Counted from the whole stretch's first letter, positions 1 through 12,259 are shown. The stretch: 63,570 nucleotides of DNA, filler included, from Collodictyon triciliatum (GCA_043381765.1; 8 parts of 8 records of this genome joined end to end with filler, not necessarily neighbours in it), one strand, 5' to 3'. Translations and numbers: made by a program. The notes: a model not told the origin generated them from the sequence alone.

Positions 1-70
1 CAAGGTAACTAATAATTAATAAATGAAATAAGAAAAATTTGACCAAAATCATTCCGTTTGGTGGAATATA

Positions 71-3000
71 ATGTCCATTTCAAACCAGATGAAGCTTGCT
101 CGTGAAGACCTGAAGGAGAGACAATACAAGAAGTGGAATCCGGCTCCACAAAGATACCTGACACCGACACCATTGCCGCTCATTGTCTTTGATGAGCGCG
201 TCATCCGTGTTTTCCTTTCGTCGACCTTCCGTGACATGCAGCAAGAAAGAGACGAGTTTTTCAAGAATGGAGCGCCTGAGTTAGTTTAATACATTTTTAT
301 TGTAAATATATAGTAAGGAATGATAATTTGATGTTATTTATTTCCTAACAATATAATTTAATGCCAGGCTGAAAAGGCTTGCGAAATCATTGGGAGTGGA
401 CCTTGTCTTTATCGACTTGCGCTGGGGACTGACTTCTGTGGACAGTAGCGAGGGATGGGTAATTCACAGTATTATTAACATTTTTTTGATAAATTTTTCA
501 TTATACTGCATTTTATAAAATAATGAACTTCAATTTTCTCCCGTTGATTTCAAGGTTGTGATTCGCTGTCTGGACTCCATCGGAAAATGTCCATACTTTG
601 TGTGCTCTCTCGGTGCGCGCTACGGCTGGATTCCTGACCAGAACAAAACGGAGCTGAACAAGCAGGCCCGCCTCGAGGAGCTGCTGAATACCAAGCCTGA
701 TGCCACCATGAAGGATGTCTCTGTGGAATGGCGCAGTGAAACCAACAGCCGCTTCCCATTCATCGACGAAGTGCCTGGGTTGAGTGTCACTGAATACGAG
801 GTGAAGCGAATATCTATATTTTATTCTTTATCTTTTTATGAATGATAATTGAAAAATAAATCAATTATTCTCTAAATTATATATTCATGTTCAGATTCAG
901 TACGCCTGTCTGATTGACAAACCAGCGTGCAGCCGCGCATTCTTCTACCTCCGTGATGAGCACTATGCTGTCGAACATGCCAAGAACGAGGAAGAATGGA
1001 ATCTGTTCCAAGCTGAAAGCGAAGAGGCGGTAAAAATTGATAGAAAGTCTTTAATTTTCTTTTTTATCTTATTATATTACGTTTATTTAATTATTTGATT
1101 TTTTTGACATATATTATAATGTTTTTTTTAGCGTAAGAGGCAGGAGGAGCTCAAACGGAAAGTCAAGGCCAAGTTCGGGCATGTTGTCTACAAGGGAGCG
1201 AAGGAGTATTCGGACTTTGTGACATACCATCTCACCTACGTCATCAAGCGCGACTTTGGGAATCAAACGGTATTTTTATAATTTTTATAGATTTATGAAG
1301 ATAAGTATTGATTGGTGATGTATTGCATTTCATTTACATTTTGTTGGCATAACTATATTTTAGGTGAGAGACCCTGAAGACCAAGCGCAGCACCAGTTTA
1401 AGATGCACCGACTGGCTGGGTTTGGCGGAAGAAAGGATCTTCTCAAGACAATCACGGAGCAAGTAAGATAAAGATCAACTAATTAAAATGACAACAATAC
1501 CCTTTGAATTTTCTTTTCTTATCAATAATTTTTTTTATTAGGCCATGAATCAGCTGAACACCGAGAAATCCAAAATCATCGTTCTTGCTGCCGAGTCTGG
1601 GATTGGAAAGTCGTCGCTCATGGCTGCTACAGTGAGAGACCTCGAAGGGCTGACGCATCCTGGGCTCCATGTCTTTTTCCATTTTGTCGGATGCACTAAT
1701 CTCAGCAACTACGTGGAAAGGTACGTTCTTTTTATTTCTAATTTTAATATATGCTGCAGACATTTTATTTTGGTTTTTCTAAAAATATATTTTTTTTTAT
1801 TTTAGTGTTTCGATTCGCTTCTGGACTTTGGTCGCAAACTCTGCCAACTTTATCGGCCAAAAGAAGCAAGAAGCTGGTATTGTATTTTATTTTACTTTTA
1901 TCTTTTTAATTCAAATTTTGTATAATTCTTCATGCATTTATTTTATTTTTTATCACCAGAATACGAAAAAGAGGGACTGCAGGGCTTGCTGAAGATGATT
2001 CAGGAGAAAAACAAGTAAAAATTTAATTTTTATGTATTTAAATTATAAAATCGAAATTAAAATACATTGAATCGAATAAAAAATTGATATTAAATTATGT
2101 ATATTGTAGGGACAAGAAGTTTGTCTTCCTCATCGATGCCATCAACCAAATCCACCCGTCGCAAGGAACGCCAGCTTCGCATCTGCTGACCTGGTTGCCC
2201 AAAGAAACGCCAGTTAATGTTGCCATGGTTGTGTCGACCATTCATACCCATGAATCTTGCACGGTATTCATCATTTAATATTATTTTTTGGACATGTTTA
2301 TTTTCTGCATAAAAATGATCTGAGTGGAACTTTACTTAATGTATCTGTCACAAGTCTGCCAAGCAAAGTGGACTGGAGCCGATTCCTGTCGCCAAGTTGA
2401 CTGAGGGCGAAATTAAGGATGGTGTCGAATCCTTCCTCATCCGCTATGACAAGACCCTGAACGAAAAGCAAGTTGGAATGATTCTGGCTGACTTGAAATA
2501 TACTGGTGAGACATATTTTTAAAAGAACATATATTTTGATTAATTTTTCAAGGAATGTTCAGTTATTCTTATCCAATATTTTTATAGGCCATCCGCTCTA
2601 TCTCCGCATCATTCTGGATGAAGTCAGGGTCTTTGGCGTCTATGAGAAGCTCGATGAAGAACTGAAAACTCTGCTTTCGACCAATGGAGTCAATGAGCTC
2701 TACACTCTTATTATCCAGCGCTGGCAACTGAAGTTTGACAGGAAGGGTGAGTATTGGTTTCATATTTCACAAAAAAAAATTATTAAAAAAAAACAATGCA
2801 AAGAATTATAATTGCATAATTTGTTGATTGTTTTTTTATTACAGTTTTCTCATCTGATGGAAAAGAGACAATGAAGGTCGAGTATGTCTCCCTCTCGATG
2901 AAGGTTCTCTTTGTTTCCCGCATTGGCCTGAGTGAAGGTGATTTGGACAAGTACATGAAAGATGCGATTGGCACAGGATTCGAGCTTGCTGAATGGTTCG

Positions 3001-6000
3001 CTTACTCTTGAATTTGAACACAATTAATAGGTTTACCTTTTTCTTTTCTTTTCTTTTTTTATTTAACTTATCTTTTATTCATTCAAATAGGAAATCTTTT
3101 TTCTTTACCCTCATCGAGTCGCTTTTCGTCCGTAATGGAAGGTTAGTCTTATTTTGTCAATCCTTTTGTTCGTTAATTCGTGCTTTCGGTACAATTTTAT
3201 TTTGGATAAGAACTAATTATTGTCTATTATAGATACATGTACTTCCACCAACTACTGCTGGAGACCACCAAAAAGGTCTACTTCTCCGAAAACCAGGAGA
3301 TGGGAAAAACCCACGAAAAATACGGAAAATGGCTGTTTGGCCAGTATTCTGAGGCTGCCGACGCTGATGAGGAGCTTACTGCTGAGATCTGCTACCAGCT
3401 TCTGAAGGGCAGTTCGTTTGAATTGCTTGTCGAATACATGAAGCAAAAACATGTAATTTTTTATTTTATGATATGTTCAATTATTTTCAGTCATAATGAA
3501 ACGATTATACTAAATTTTCTTTATATTTCATAGGTTATCAGCATCATGCTCCGTGGTCGCTATCGCTACGAATTCTTTGCATGCTGGAGAGCAATCAACG
3601 CAAGTGGAGTGGCAAACTACAAAGATGCTTATGGAAATTTGGCTAAGGTAATTTGTTGTTTGATTTTATTATTTTGAAGGTTACTACTCACATATTTAAT
3701 TATCAATCATGATTTATCTATTAATTATTTTTTTTTTTTGTTAATTTTCAGTCTTTGGATAAAGTGGGAGACCTGCTGGTTGGATTTTTCTTGGAATCTT
3801 TTGAGAACTCGTTCTTGTTGTCTGTTCTTAATATGCGCCTTGGACAACATCAGACAGAAGGTATGCAATTGTTATTATTTTTTGATGAATTTATGTCATG
3901 AATATGATTTTATATATGGAGACATTCAATAACTATTAATTCATAGATGCGAAGGCTGCTGATTACCTGTATCTTGGCCGTGTCTACAAGAACCTCCAAA
4001 AGTAAAAATAAAAATATATTAATCATATAATTAGGATATGATATGATGTGATGTTTATTATGCAAACTTTTCTAAAATAAAAATAAATTAAATAGCTGGG
4101 CTGAGTCCATGGTCTACTACAAGAAATGTCTCGATTTAGTTGAGAAAAATGAAGATGATTTCCTGCGTATCGCTACCATTCATGAAGAGATGGGAATTAT
4201 CTACCAGCAACAGGATAAGTAAGGCTCGCTTTCAACTGTAAAATAAATTATGCATAATGTTTCAAAAAGGAATTGTTCTGATTTTTTTTATGAAATAGAA
4301 TTGATGAGGCTCTTGATAAATACAAGAAATCCCTGGACTTAAGAATCAAACAGCTGGGCGAGAACGACCTGCAAGTGGCCCAATCACATGACCGCTTCGG
4401 AGACATCTACGTGAATCAGTCAAAGTAATATTTGAACCATTTATATTCGTTAATATTCTGCTTTTTATTTTTAATTATATGTGCTGATCAATTTTTATGA
4501 TAGGAATGAGCAAGCTCTAGATGAATACAAAAAAGCGATGGAAATCCGCCAAAAGAAAGTCGGAAACGAGCATCCCCTTGTCGCAACATCGTACCAGAAC
4601 TATGGCCATGTCTCTCTGGCTGCGAAAAAGTGGCATATTTGTCCATAAAAGGCAGTTTTAAATACAGCTATGATAATTTTGAGAAATATTAATGTGATTG
4701 AATCATCAAGGTATGAAGAGTCTGTTGAAAACTACGAAAAAGCGAAATCCATCCTTGAAAAATCACTGGGAGCTAAGCATGCATCTGTTGCCTCAGCAAT
4801 CCAGTTTATTGCGAACGTTCATCTTGCCAGTGGAAAGTTCGTTTCTAATTTATAGATATTTATATTCAAGACCTTTTATGGTTTTCAATTTCTGCTAAAC
4901 ATATTTGGCTTCATATATTGCATTTGTATGGACTCTATTTGGGGTTAAGATTATGCATAATGTAATTCTAACTAATTAATAAATATCAAGTAACTTTTAC
5001 ATTATATAGGAAAACTGAGGCCTTGTCCTCATTAAAGCAATCGCTGGATATTTTCATATATTCCCTGGGTGAAAACCATCCGAATGTTGTGGCCTGCTAT
5101 GAAATGATTGGAGACATCAGCCATGATTTGAAGGAGTATCTCTTTTTATCAACTATGTTTATATTTTGAATTGAAAAGAATAATTTATTTACCCATATTA
5201 TTCTAGCTTTAAGGGTGCTTTGGATGCTTATACAAAGACGCTGGATATTCGCATGAGAACACAGGGCAAAAAACATCCTGATTATTCAACTACCCTAGAG
5301 AATGTTGGTAGAACAAACTTTGAGCTTAAAAGGTAATTTCTCAATTATGTACAAAAATCGAATATTTTATTAATACTTATAAAAATGCATTGAATAATTA
5401 CTAATGTGCATGAATTAAGATTGGACCAAGTAGTTGAATACTTCCAAATGGCAGCTGCTATCAGAAAGGAGACAAAGACCGTAATGCTAATCAAAGATGG
5501 CTCACAGGTTGATAACATAATTCTCCTCATGAAGGACAAGAAAGAGTATGCTTTAGCAATCCAGCTATACAAAACGCTGATTCATTTATTCAGCAAGCTT
5601 TACTGCATGGATTATCTCGGAATATCGAACAGCTGTGAAGAAATTGACAAGATTTACAAGGAACTGAGGCAGCACAACGAAGCAGTGGCATTCTGGGCTG
5701 AGATGAGAGACAGATTTGCTGGTAAACTCGGATGGATTCATCCCAGAACATTGAATGCATGCGAATACTTGTCCGTCCATTCAAAAGAAATCAGAATCAA
5801 CAAAGAGGCGGTACAGTTCACAAGAGTTAAGGAATTCATTGACGAAACTATTGATGATGCAAAACTAAATGAGGAATGGAATCGTGAGCAAATCATTGCA
5901 TCGTTATTCAGAATTGTCTACATGTCAAAGACAGATGAGAGCAAATCAAAGGCTGCATCTGATGCCATCACACTTTTGAATTTCATGAATGTTTATTTCG

Positions 6001-7694
6001 GTGGAATGGATTTATCAAACATCAAAATTCCACATGCAAATCTTAGTAACTCAATCCTTGATGGTGCAAACCTCACTGGTGCCAACTTGGATGGTGCGGA
6101 TTTTACGAACTCAACGCTTGGTGATTGCGTTTTTGATAATGTGAATATGAGTAATGTGAAATTTGGACTTCTGAATGATAAACTAGAAGGTCATACAAGA
6201 GCTGTCTATAGTGTTTGCAGTATTCAAGGACCGAATGGTGAAAGTTGGCTGGCTTCAGGGAGTGATGATAAAACAATACGTATTTGGGATGCAGCCTCAG
6301 GAAATCAAATCAGAATATTAGGACATACAGATACTGTCAAAAGTGTTTTCAATATTCAAGGGCCAAATGGTAAAAATTGGTTGGCATCTGGAAGCGATGG
6401 TAGAAAAATACGTATTTGGGATGTATCCACAGGAAATCAAATCAAAACATTAGAAGGACATACAAGTGCTGTCTGGAGTGTATGCAGTATTCAAGGACCG
6501 AATGGTGAAAGTTGGTTGGCTTCTGGAGGTCGTGATAACATGATACAGATTTTGGATATAGCCACAGGAAACCAAATCAAAAAATTAAGAGGTCATACAA
6601 GTTTTGTTTATAGTATTTGCAGTATGCATGGGCCGAATGGTGAAAAGTGGCTGGCTTCTGGAAGTCGTGATAATACAATACGCATTTGGGATATATCTAC
6701 AGGAAAACAAATCAAAACATTACAAGGTCATACAGATGAAGTCAATAGTGTTTGCAGCATTCAAGGACCGAATGGTGAAAATTGGCTGGCTTCTGGAAGT
6801 GGTAGTGACTATCAAAGTCAAGATAAGACAATACGTATTTGGGATGTAGCCACAGGAAAGGAAATCAAAAAATTAGCAGGTCATACAAGGGAAGTCAAAA
6901 GTCTTTGCAGTATGCATGGGCCGAATGGTGAAAGTTGGTTGGCTTCTGGAAGTCGTGATAAAACAATACGTATTTGGGATGTAACCACAGGACATCAAAT
7001 CAAAACATTACAAGGTCATACAGATTGGGTCAATAGTGTTTGCAGCATTCAAGGACAGAATGGTGAAAATTGGCTGGCTTCTGGAAGTGGTAGTGACTTT
7101 GGAAGTCAAGATAGCACAATACGTGTTTGGAATGTAGCCACAGGAAACCAAATCAAAACATTAGAAGGTCATACAAGCGAAGTCACCAGTGTTTGCAGCA
7201 TTCAAGGACCGAGTAGTGAAAAGTGGTTGGCTTCTGGAAGTCGTGATAACACAATACGTATTTGGGATGTAGCCACAGGAAACCAAACGCACAGCCTGCA
7301 AAAGTCAGAAGTGACCTACACCCAAGGAAAATACCTCGTCAAGAAAGAAAAGCCAGACGAAGTCATCGCAGTATTCAACAGAACAAGTGACGCGATGAAT
7401 ATGATTGACACCAACAGAATCCAGGATGCAAAGACTGTCCAGATTATCGGCCCAAGAAAGCTGCAAGGTGGAAACATCCAAATCAGAAATGTCATGGGAT
7501 TGAATGAATTAAACAAATCCCTCCTACTTTCTATCGGTGCTGCTTCCTTTGATGCGGACTTTGCTGTCTATTGTGAGCAGGGTGAGTTCACCATGTTCCA
7601 GGCTCAAATGATGGCTGAGTGCTATGAGAATGGATGGGGTGTTGAGAAGGACACCGAGAAAGCAGCTGAGTGGAGACAGAAAGCCTCAGCTTGA
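71..7694 (+). CDS. NLR-like STAND NTPase: DUF4062 - NACHT/AAA-type NTPase - TPR repeats - pentapeptide repeats - 8x WD40 - C-terminal Sel1-like repeat; about 24 GT-AG introns, terminal exon 5420-7694
   Basis: Spliced translation gives RVFLSSTFRDMQQERD...FIDLRWG...CPYFVCSLGARYGW (DUF4062), Walker A AESGIGKSS (~1590-1615), Walker B FVFLIDAINQ, GHPLYLRIILDEVRVFG, kinesin-light-chain-like TPRs (LGENDLQVAQSH, VGNEHPLVATSY, LGAKHASVAS, LGENHPNVV), ANLSNSILDGANLTGANLDGADF, GH...WD repeats and AECYENGWGVEKDTEKAAEW. Every exon join I checked keeps frame. Confidence 0.9.
6181..7290 (+). repeat. Tandem array of 8 highly similar coding WD40 units (~135 nt; units 5 and 7 carry an 18-nt insertion)
   Basis: Near-identical nucleotide blocks recur (ggtcatac...tgcagtattcaaggaccgaatggtgaaa...tggctggcttctggaagt...acaatacgtatttgggatgta) and encode LxGHTxxVxSVCSIQGPNGExWLASGSxDxTIRIWD. 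Confidence 0.95.
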
Positions 7695-8052
7695 CAAGGT
7701 AAGTAGTATTATAAATGCATATTAATGCATGTTCGTTAACTGTAATCATTTTAGATGGAGAGATTCTCTGGGTTTTTTTCAAGCAGACCTTCGCTTTTTT
7801 CCCACAAGGACACTCCATGAAAACAAAATAAACCCTTAAAAATGAAAGCAAGGCTGATCGATCTCGGTTGCGTCTTTTTTCTTTTTTCTTTTTTCTTTTT
7901 TCTTTTTTCTTTTTTCTTTTTTCTTTTTTCTTTTTTCTTTTTTCTTTTTTCTTTTTTCTCTTTTCTTTTTTCTTTTTTCTTTTTTCTTTTCTTTTTTCTT
8001 TTTTCTTTTTTCTTTTTTCTTTTTTCTTTTTTCTTTTTTCTTTTTTCTTTTT

Positions 8053-8152
8053 NNNNNNNNNNNNNNNNNNNNNNNNNNNNNNNNNNNNNNNNNNNNTTAA
8101 TTAATTAANNNNNNNNNNNNNNNNNNNNNNNNNNNNNNNNNNNNNNNNNNNN
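8053..8152. other. Artificial contig spacer N44-TTAATTAATTAA-N44; identical spacers at 16201-16300, 24349-24448, 32496-32595, 40641-40740, 48783-48882 and 56923-57022
   Basis: A 12-mer stop-codon linker flanked by Ns recurs about every 8.14-8.15 kb. Confidence 0.97.
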
Positions 8153-8970
8153 TCAGTGGGTTGTGTCTTTGTATATTTACGGGGCGGCATATTCCAGGCA
8201 ATATAATTATTGTGTTATTATAACGCGTTGTCTTTAATACAGTATTTACATTCGCAACTGCGTTAGAGTTTAAGGATAATTTACTAAGGTATTGTATGGT
8301 TATATGGATTGTATTAGACGAGGAGCGCGAGAAAGAAGTGATGAAGATTTTATTAGACGGAACAAAAAAGCAACGGAAGAAATTATTAGAAGTTGTTCGT
8401 GTTAAATATTTTCATTCTGGCAACACCTCTTCTTCTAGTGTTTCAGCTAGTGAATATTATGGATGTTCAGATGAAGATGGCCCAGATGGCGACTTTAGCT
8501 AAGGTATAAATAACAAAAAAGCCGGAAAAGATAATCGTAACTTAAACGCGCATTCTTCCCGAACCGTCTGGAATATTCCATCTATATCTGGAATTACCAT
8601 ATATAGATGTGTAACGGGGTATATAAACGGCGAAAAAGCGGGGTTGAGCGGCAACCTGTGGTATTATCACCTATATAATATAGAGGTGATAATACCACAA
8701 ATTACAAGAATTTATATCAACAAAAGAATAAAAAGGGGGCAGAGATACAACAAACGAGTGAATGTTTGGCACTAGCAAATCGTATCTGGCCAGGCAAATG
8801 ACAAGGGCAGCGGGGCTTTCGCTCGATTATGAGACCCGAACCTCCATCTTTCTTACATACGGCTCGTTCTTTGTACCTTTAACACCATCCATCCATAATA
8901 CGTTCACTTCGAGGTACATCGTATAGCCCGTAGCAGGAATAATGATTTTAGACGAAATATAGTTTTGGAG

Positions 8971-9102
8971 ATAGAAGAATAGAAAGAATAGAAAGAATAG
9001 AAAGAATAGAAAGAATAGAAAGAATAGAAAGAATAGAAAGAATAGAAAGAATAGAAAGAATAGAAAGAATAGAAAGAACAGAAAGAACAGAAAGAATAGA
9101 AA
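8971..9102. repeat. (AGAAAGAAT)n microsatellite
   Basis: Directly visible 9-mer tandem repeat. Confidence 0.95.
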
Positions 9103-9250
9103 GAGAGGGAAAGGAGAATGAGAGATTAAGAGAATGAAAATCACGCATTTTTTAATTTCCATTTATTTGTGATATGAAAAAAAAAAAAGGAGAAGAAAGT
9201 ATGTGAGGGGAATAAGGAAAGACAAGTATTCTAGTCAAGATAGATGTACC

Positions 9251-11016
9251 CTAAACGAGCCAATCAAGTCCCGAAACTTGATGAAGCTCGTGACCTGTGT
9301 TTATGACAAGAACACCCTTTGAACCGCGAGGAAACCAAAGAATCTCACCCAAGTACTGATCACCATAATCGAATAAATCATGTCCTAACTCATAGCTCTG
9401 CAAGATTGAATTGTTCTGTGTGAGTGTACTGATTCCACCGTGAGAATCGAGAATTACCAAAATCTCGTTGCAAAACTTCATCGAAATAATACGTCCCCTG
9501 TTCCATGATATTGCGTGATAAGTTTTCATGGGTATAGTGAAAATCATGATGCGCTTGTCTGCCAAATCAAAGCTGTATATCCTATCCCCAGTCGGACTCA
9601 GGATGAAGCAGCAATCCCCATATATTACGTAATCCTCTTTGTAGGAGAGGTTAGGTCCGTACATAATCCGGAAGTTTGCGTTGATCCCCCTAGGTATTTA
9701 AATACAAAATTCAAAGCCTGACATAATTTTCTTGTTGTATATGCCATATTAAGATTCCAGTAAAAAGGAGCATCGTAGAATCTAATGTGTGACGCGCAGA
9801 TATAACTGTACATGAATCACGCAATTGGAGAGATAAAGTTAAAATGCAGTAATAGAGACTTGCGTGGATAAACGAGCCGAACCAGTTTGAATTGTGAAAT
9901 CTCCTTTGGGTTTGGAGAGCAGTAACTTGTCCTTGGAGAGGCATATCGGTATCGATTGTATATGGAGTGGAGGGTCAACTCTAAACTGTGTTATGGCGAT
10001 TGTTTTTAAAGACATCCGAAACCCTCTGTTAAAATATATCATAAATTATTGGGCAAACGAGTAGGTCAAGTATCAAAATACAGCGCATGGCTCATAATTT
10101 AGACATGCGCTGTGTTCCATAATAACCCTTATGATGCATAAAATGCGCATTTTGACGTGAGTATTAGCGAACCAGTTAGATATGAAGGGATATGGTCTTC
10201 ATATGAATTCTAAGAGCCCAGGATCTAATTCAATGGGGTGGAGAGGGGGAAACAATAGCAATAAGATACGATAGGTAAAACTCACCAGCATTGGCCCTAG
10301 CCATAACGACAACTGTATCTTCGCTTTGGAAAACATGAGTCCGGGAACACATTTCTGAACTATGTTCCGATTGTATTGGAGTTGTCTGATAATGCAGGTC
10401 ATTTCCGTGGCGCCGAAGCAATAAACTCCTCTCATTCCACCATACTAGGCGACGATCACCTAGCCCAGGTACGAGTGAGTCAATCATAATAAATGCAATC
10501 CAAATAAACCACAATTATTCCGTGTTGTATACATTAAAAGGGATAAGGAGAAGAAGAAAAGAATTTGAATAGAGTGGTCAAGATAAGAGAAAAAGCAGTA
10601 AAGATACCCCTATCACTTAAATACAATATCTTGATAGATGGTATCGAAAGGAAAGAAAAAGAAAAACGACTCAATACAACTGAAATGAATAATAACAGAA
10701 ATTACATGCTGGTGCGAAAGACGGCAAGCATGCCATACAAATAAAAGCCCATACCGATCAGTGCTGAAATGAGATCATCCTCCATATGCAGCCCCGTAAT
10801 TGCCTCTCCACCGTTTCTCAAAAGTAGCAAGACGACAGGGTTTCCGTCGGGAGCACTGTCAGGGACTAGAAAAACACATCCCTGGATTGTCCCAAAGGCA
10901 AAAGCCGATCCGTGAGTGCAAACTCTCGTTATCACATCCCCGACTCCAATTCTAGCTAGCTTTCTGGTGGGCAAGGATTGAACACCTTGCGATTTCGGTA
11001 ATCCCAAGACTGACAT
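9251..11016 (-). CDS. Hypothetical spliced protein (beta-strand-rich, possibly propeller-like); middle exon structure uncertain, may extend to ~8827
   Basis: ATG at 11016. Exon 1 (MSVLGLPK...ISALIG) joins in frame by GT-AG to GDRRLVWWNER..., and further protein-like ORFs lie at ~9840-10030 and 9251-9664. No family recognised. Confidence 0.4.
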
Positions 11017-11373
11017 AGTCTAGTCGAGATCTTCCCAGCGCCCTGCAGTTGGTTCTACTTTTTATTATTTATTTATTTCCTTGTGTAGTTTGCTAGAAGA
11101 AAGCAAAGAGTTAGGGTGTTCGCTAGGATACTCCCTGCAGAATGTAGCAAACCCTGCTTTGAAAATGTGGGAGTCCTCAGTCATCCAAGCACCCAAACAC
11201 AATAGAAGTCGCCAACAACCCAACCATTCCCCAGGCGTAGAATATTCCCTGTTTTTTTTTTGCCGGAATAAACCTGGGCAGCAGCACAAAATATCCCCGT
11301 TGAACAAAAAAACAAAGGAAAATGCCTACAAATAGTTATTATGATTAGTGACATGTCACATAATAGCAGGAAA

Positions 11374-11455
11374 GACACTGTGGCCGAGCGGTTAAGGCGA
11401 CAGACTAGAAATCTGTTGGGTTCTGCCCGCACAGGTTCAAATCCTGTCAGTGTCG
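11374..11455 (+). tRNA. tRNA-Ser (anticodon AGA), intronless, copy 1
   Basis: GACACTG/CAGTGTC acceptor stem, D arm TGGCCGAGCGGTTAAGG, anticodon arm ACAGA-CTAGAAA-TCTGT, long variable arm GGG-TTCTG-CCC, T arm ACAGG-TTCAAAT-CCTGT, G discriminator, downstream T-run. Confidence 0.97.
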
Positions 11456-11701
11456 ATATTTTCTTTTGCTCCCTTCCTTCTCCAGCCTACTCGCCACACT
11501 CATGCAGTTTTGTTTATAATCCGCATTTTTTTTAAGCACCCACAAAATAGTCGACGCGCGTCTTGACAGTGTGCATACACCAGAACTATCCCCAATCACA
11601 TAGTTTAAATTTGCATCACACTCTAAATACCTGTGCCCACACTGGCCTACCATGTTCACTCCTAGTTCTTTTTGTATTGTGTTTTTCTTATTCGTTAACA
11701 A

Positions 11702-11810
11702 TGCCTGCTCAGTGGCAGGCTGCAAAAATTGGCTTATAGACAAATTGTCTCTTCCCACGGTAATCTTTAGTAAAAGGCGAAAGATTAGTGCGCTCTGAGA
11801 AGAGACATAT
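11702..11810 (-). ncRNA. U5: U5 spliceosomal snRNA, copy 1
   Basis: Reverse complement reads ATATGTCTCTTCTCAGAGCGCACTAATCTTT-CGCCTTTTACT-AAAGATTACCGTGGGAAGAGACA...AATTTTTG-CA-GCCTGCCACTGAGCAGGC. It has the invariant loop I GCCUUUUAC, stem I, the Sm site and a 3' hairpin. Confidence 0.93.
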
Positions 11811-11895
11811 CTAGCAACTACACCTTGGTACATCAGTGAAGTCTTTGCACGTCTGTCGCCATCTACTTATTACTACGCTTCATTTTCTCTCTTCC

Positions 11896-11910
11896 GTGGG
11901 TTGTTGACAT
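11896..11910 (-). promoter_or_regulatory. Putative snRNA upstream sequence element of U5 copy 1 (ATGTCAACAACCCAC, about -100 to -86)
   Basis: 13/15 identical to the motif at the same distance upstream of U5 copy 2; the surrounding flanks do not align by eye. Confidence 0.7.
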
Positions 11911-12259
11911 ATGCCCGACATACCATTACTGGAATATAGCTCTACAATCACCCTTGCCCCTACAAATACCCTTTATATCTCCCACTGTCACGCCAATCTA
12001 TCATCCATATGCTCCTATTCCATCATATGACGTACTTTTGCTGAATATCATTCCGTTGTGGAGTTCTGTCTCGTACACACTTTTGAGGAAGATACACGCA
12101 GCCCAGCCCGACTGATTCCGCGAACGCCACCATGGCAAATGCCACCCAGCCTAACGGTGCCACGATGGGCAAAAGCCTCAACCACCCTCTAGCTGGTGGC
12201 GCTTCCATACATACCGACCCAAAGGATTGAGCGCTCGTGAGAAGTACCACCGAACTAAT

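Noticed and set aside
1-30. CAAGGTAA.TA.TA..TAAATG resembles the sequence just after the STAND stop codon (7695-7725), suggesting a flanking direct repeat
   Set aside because: Short, AT-rich and gapped, and built around a splice-donor-like word; similarity does not extend.
6181-7290. Regularly spaced repeats superficially like a CRISPR array
   Set aside because: Contiguous in-frame coding WD40 units with no unique spacers, in a eukaryotic gene.
7842-8108. Phe/Lys/Ile-rich ORFs in the ORF track (also 12178-12580, 27428-27768, 32540-32882, 60471-61581)
   Set aside because: Translations of microsatellites and N-gaps, not genes.
12027-12250. GACGTACTT...ATCATT...GAGGAAGA reminiscent of U3 snoRNA 5' boxes
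   Set aside because: Box A match is poor, spacing is short, and no ordered B/C/D boxes or terminal stem were found; an Infernal U3 search would settle it.
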